A DNA stretch of 64,000 nucleotides. Origin: Squalus acanthias (taxonomy: Eukaryota). Positions within the stretch are counted from its first letter, which is position 1, and each line of letters starts with the position of its first letter. A program made the position numbers and the translations under genes. A model generated the notes under the pieces. It saw nothing but the letters and a program-made list of their open reading frames with translations. It made no database searches and was not told the DNA's origin. Positions 61,140-64,000 of this stretch are shown piece by piece. The stretch lies in assembly GCA_030390025.1 (NCBI GenBank), contig CM059433.1:15130001-15194000 (forward strand), in the 5' to 3' direction.

Positions 61140-61870
61140 AACGTGTACACAGTGGGGGAAGGTTTGCTCTGTGTGCTGTGTCTGCCCCAGCCATAGACTC
61201 TACTGCCTTAGGCTATACAAAACCTTGGCATCCTGTTCGACCCAGAGCTGGGCCTCAAACTCCACAAACTATCCATTGCCAAGACTGCTTATTTCTACCT
61301 TTACAAAATTGCCTGCCTCTGCCCCTCCTCCAGACCTCCTCTGCTGAAACCATTATCAAAACTTTTGTCACCTCTAGATTCTAGACTCCTTGCTGCATTC
61401 TCATCCTTCACCCTCTAATACTACAGATTTTCCAAAACTTAGCTGCTAATGTCCCGTCCCACAGTACTTCCTAGCCACCTGCCATCACCGTCCTTACCAA
61501 TCTAGATTGGCTTCCTGTCCCTGAATGCATTCAATTTAAAACTCTGGTCCTTATCTTCAAATCCCTCGATGGTCTCACTCTATTGTATCTCTGCAGCCTC
61601 CTTCAGCCTGAAATCCCCTCTTACACCATTCGTTCTTCAGAATCTGGCCTGTTATGCACCCTCCTTCCTTCACCCACCACTGATGGCAGAGCATTCATCC
61701 ACCTCAGCCCAACTCTCTGGAACGCCCTCCTTAACACCTACTCAAAACCCAGCTTTTTGACCACGTTTTTCTGTCACCTTTCCCAATGCCTACCTCTATG
61801 GGTTGGTGCCCATTCCACTATTTCTTTTGTGAAGCATATCGAGTTGTTTTTAAATGAAAGGCTCTGTATA
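61140..61870 (+). mobile_element. Old L2 LINE 3' fragment
   Basis: SAETIIKTFVTSR and DGRAFIHLSPTLWNAL motifs. Confidence 0.7.
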
Positions 61871-61934
61871 ACTACAACTTTTGCTACACAAAATGTGGAT
61901 GAAATCTTTCCCCAGTAGTCAAAATATGTTTTTA

Positions 61935-62110
61935 GTTATTCATTTTCGGAATATGGGTGTCGCCAGCAAGGCCAGCATTTATTGCCCATCCCTAGTTGCT
62001 CTGAGAAGGTGGTGGTGAGCCGACCTCTGGAACCGCTGCAGTCCGTGTGGTGAAGGTACTCCCACAGTGCTGTTAGGGAGGGAATTCCTGGATTTTGACC
62101 CAGCGGCGAT
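61935..62110 (-). mobile_element. CR1-group LINE 3' tail fragment
   Basis: Matches 8702-8880. Confidence 0.8.
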
Positions 62111-62506
62111 AAAGCAAAATATGGTCTCAACAATGGTCTACAAAAAGTTAGAATCACTTTTTTTTTGATTCAGAACCATTGAATCAACTTGATTGAGTTT
62201 CAGCCAAGGCTAGGATTTGGACATACAATCCCATAATTTCCACTCAGTGTGTGGTAATGATCTTGCCTGACCTACGTTGTCAGGGTGGTTTGATAACCAT
62301 TTAGATAAAATAAACTGAGGCTGTGGTCCCCTAATATTGATTCCAGTGTCCTCATATAAACTTTAAATGTGTTTATTTTGAAATTTCTTTCCATATTGCA
62401 AACAATATTCCTTGGAATGACGTGCTAAGATGTAGAATACAAATGCCCCATGTCAGGAGTGCAATGGAATACTCTCCACTTGCCTGGATGAGTGCAGCTC
62501 CAATAA

Positions 62507-62794
62507 CGGGAGTGGCGAGACCGGAGGTCCTGTGAGTATTTAAACACACTTTCGCGGGCTTTTCTTTCACAGGCTGGTGTCGGGAGTGGCGAGACCGGAG
62601 GTCCTGTGAGTATTTAAACTCACTTTCGCGGGCTTTTCTTTCACAGGCTGGTGTCGGGAGTGGCGAGACCGGAGGTCCTGTGAGTATTTAAACTCACTTT
62701 CGCGGGCTTTTCTTTCACAGGCTGGTGTCGGGAGCGGCGAAACTGGAGGCCCAGTGTGTATTTAACTCACTTTTGCGGGCTTTTCTTTCACAGG
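62507..62794 (+). repeat. 74-bp tandem repeat (about 4 units) in the CR1 5' UTR
   Basis: Units start at 62507, 62581, 62655 and 62729. Confidence 0.95.
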
Positions 62795-63074
62795 CATACC
62801 AATCTCAGACCGCCGGCGGCGTTCCAGAGCCACGTCACGATTCAAAACGTGATGCGGGCAGGAGGGAGCAGCTGATTGGGTGAGTACGGCTAGGTAAGTA
62901 TTTATACTACTCTATAGTTTGACAGTTAAGGTTCATAAAGTTTAGTAGGTCTTAATTTTGTGGATATAGTTTGTAGTGCTAGTAACCAAGAGCCCTTGAG
63001 TATATCATTTAATTGAGTGTAATTGGTGGTATTGATTTGATTTAATTTAAGTTCAATTAATTAAAGGGTAAGTC

Positions 63075-64000
63075 ATGATAGGACAGCCCAGCCCCGTGTT
63101 ATGCTCCTCCTGCTTGATGTGGGAAATCAGCGACCCTTCTGGTGTCCCTGACAACCATGTGTGCGGGAAGTGTATCCAGCTGCAGCTACTGACAGACTGC
63201 ATTGCGGCGCTGGAGCTGCGGATGGATGCGTATTGGAGCATTCGCAATGCTGAGAACCTCGTGGACAGCACGTTTAGCGAGTTGGTCACACCGCAGGCAA
63301 AGGGTGTGCAGGCACGAAGTAAATGGGTGACCACCAGGCAGAGTAAGAGGTGCAGGCAGGTAGTGCAGGGGTCCCCTGTGGACATCCCCCTCTCAAACAG
63401 ATATACCACTTTGGATACTGTTGGGGGGGATGACTTATCAGGGGAAGGCAGCAGCACCCAACTTCCTGGCACCATGGGTGGCTCTGCTGCACAGACTGGG
63501 AGGAAAAAGAGTGGAAGAGCTATAGTGATAGGGGACTCAATTGTAAGCGGAATAGATAGGCGTCTCTGCGGCCGCAACCGAGACTCCAGGATGGTGTGTT
63601 GCCTCCCTGGTGCAAGGGTCAAGGACGTCTCGGAGCGGCTACAGAACATTTTGGAGGGGGAGGGCTAACAGCCAGCTGCCGTGGTGCACATAGGCACCAA
63701 CGATATAGGTAAAAAAGGGGATGAGGTCCTAAAAACAGAATATAGGGAGTTAGGAGGTAAATTAAAAAATAGGACCTCAAAGGTAGTAATCTCAGGATTG
63801 CTACCAGTGCCACGTGCTAGTCAGAGTAGAAATAGGAGGATATTTCAAATGAATACGTGGCTGGAGGAATGGTGCAAGGGGAAGGGATTCAAATTCCTGG
63901 GACATTGGAACCGGTTCTGGGGGAGGTGGGACCAGTACAAACTGGACGGTCTGCACCTGGACAGGGCCGGGACTGCTGTCCTAGGGGGAGTGTTTGCTAG
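63075..64000 (+). pseudogene. CR1 ORF1 (zinc-finger/leucine-zipper plus SGNH esterase), one in-frame stop, runs off the window
   Basis: CSSCLMWE...CGKC, IPLSNRYTTL, IVIGDSIV, VCCLPGARV, then EG*QPAAVVHIGTNDI and ...DGLHL. Confidence 0.9.

Noticed and set aside
62507..62794. Regular repeats resembling a CRISPR array
   Set aside because: The units are contiguous with no unique spacers, there are no cas genes, and the context is a eukaryotic LINE.

Overview
This is repeat-dense vertebrate genomic DNA, most likely from a cartilaginous fish; the host is inferred from the repeat set (CR1 and L2 LINEs, Deu-domain and other tRNA-derived SINEs, Penelope-like elements, nested Harbinger DNA transposons with transposase and Myb/SANT genes). 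The main feature is a young, full-length 12.76-kb endogenous retrovirus on the minus strand (46735-59494). It has ~1.68-kb LTRs that differ by about 1%, a 4-bp target-site duplication (TSD) and a tRNA-Arg primer-binding site (PBS) that overlaps the first gag ATG. Gag has a coiled coil, an overlapping PSAP/PPSY late domain and one zinc knuckle. Pol is in frame with gag behind a leaky CAA-UGA-CGA stop and carries two RNase H domains. Env resembles a paramyxo/pneumovirus-type F protein rather than an orthoretroviral Env, and it is preceded in frame by a signal peptide and an immunoglobulin-like domain. This architecture best fits the lokiretrovirus lineage, and three single-base lesions interrupt pol and env. 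Other observations are a tRNA-headed LINE with no ORF1, hammerhead-bearing Penelope terminal repeats with 13-bp TSDs, a TSD-flanked minisatellite, and a few candidate exons of an unidentified minus-strand host gene. All calls were made by eye with no database searches.
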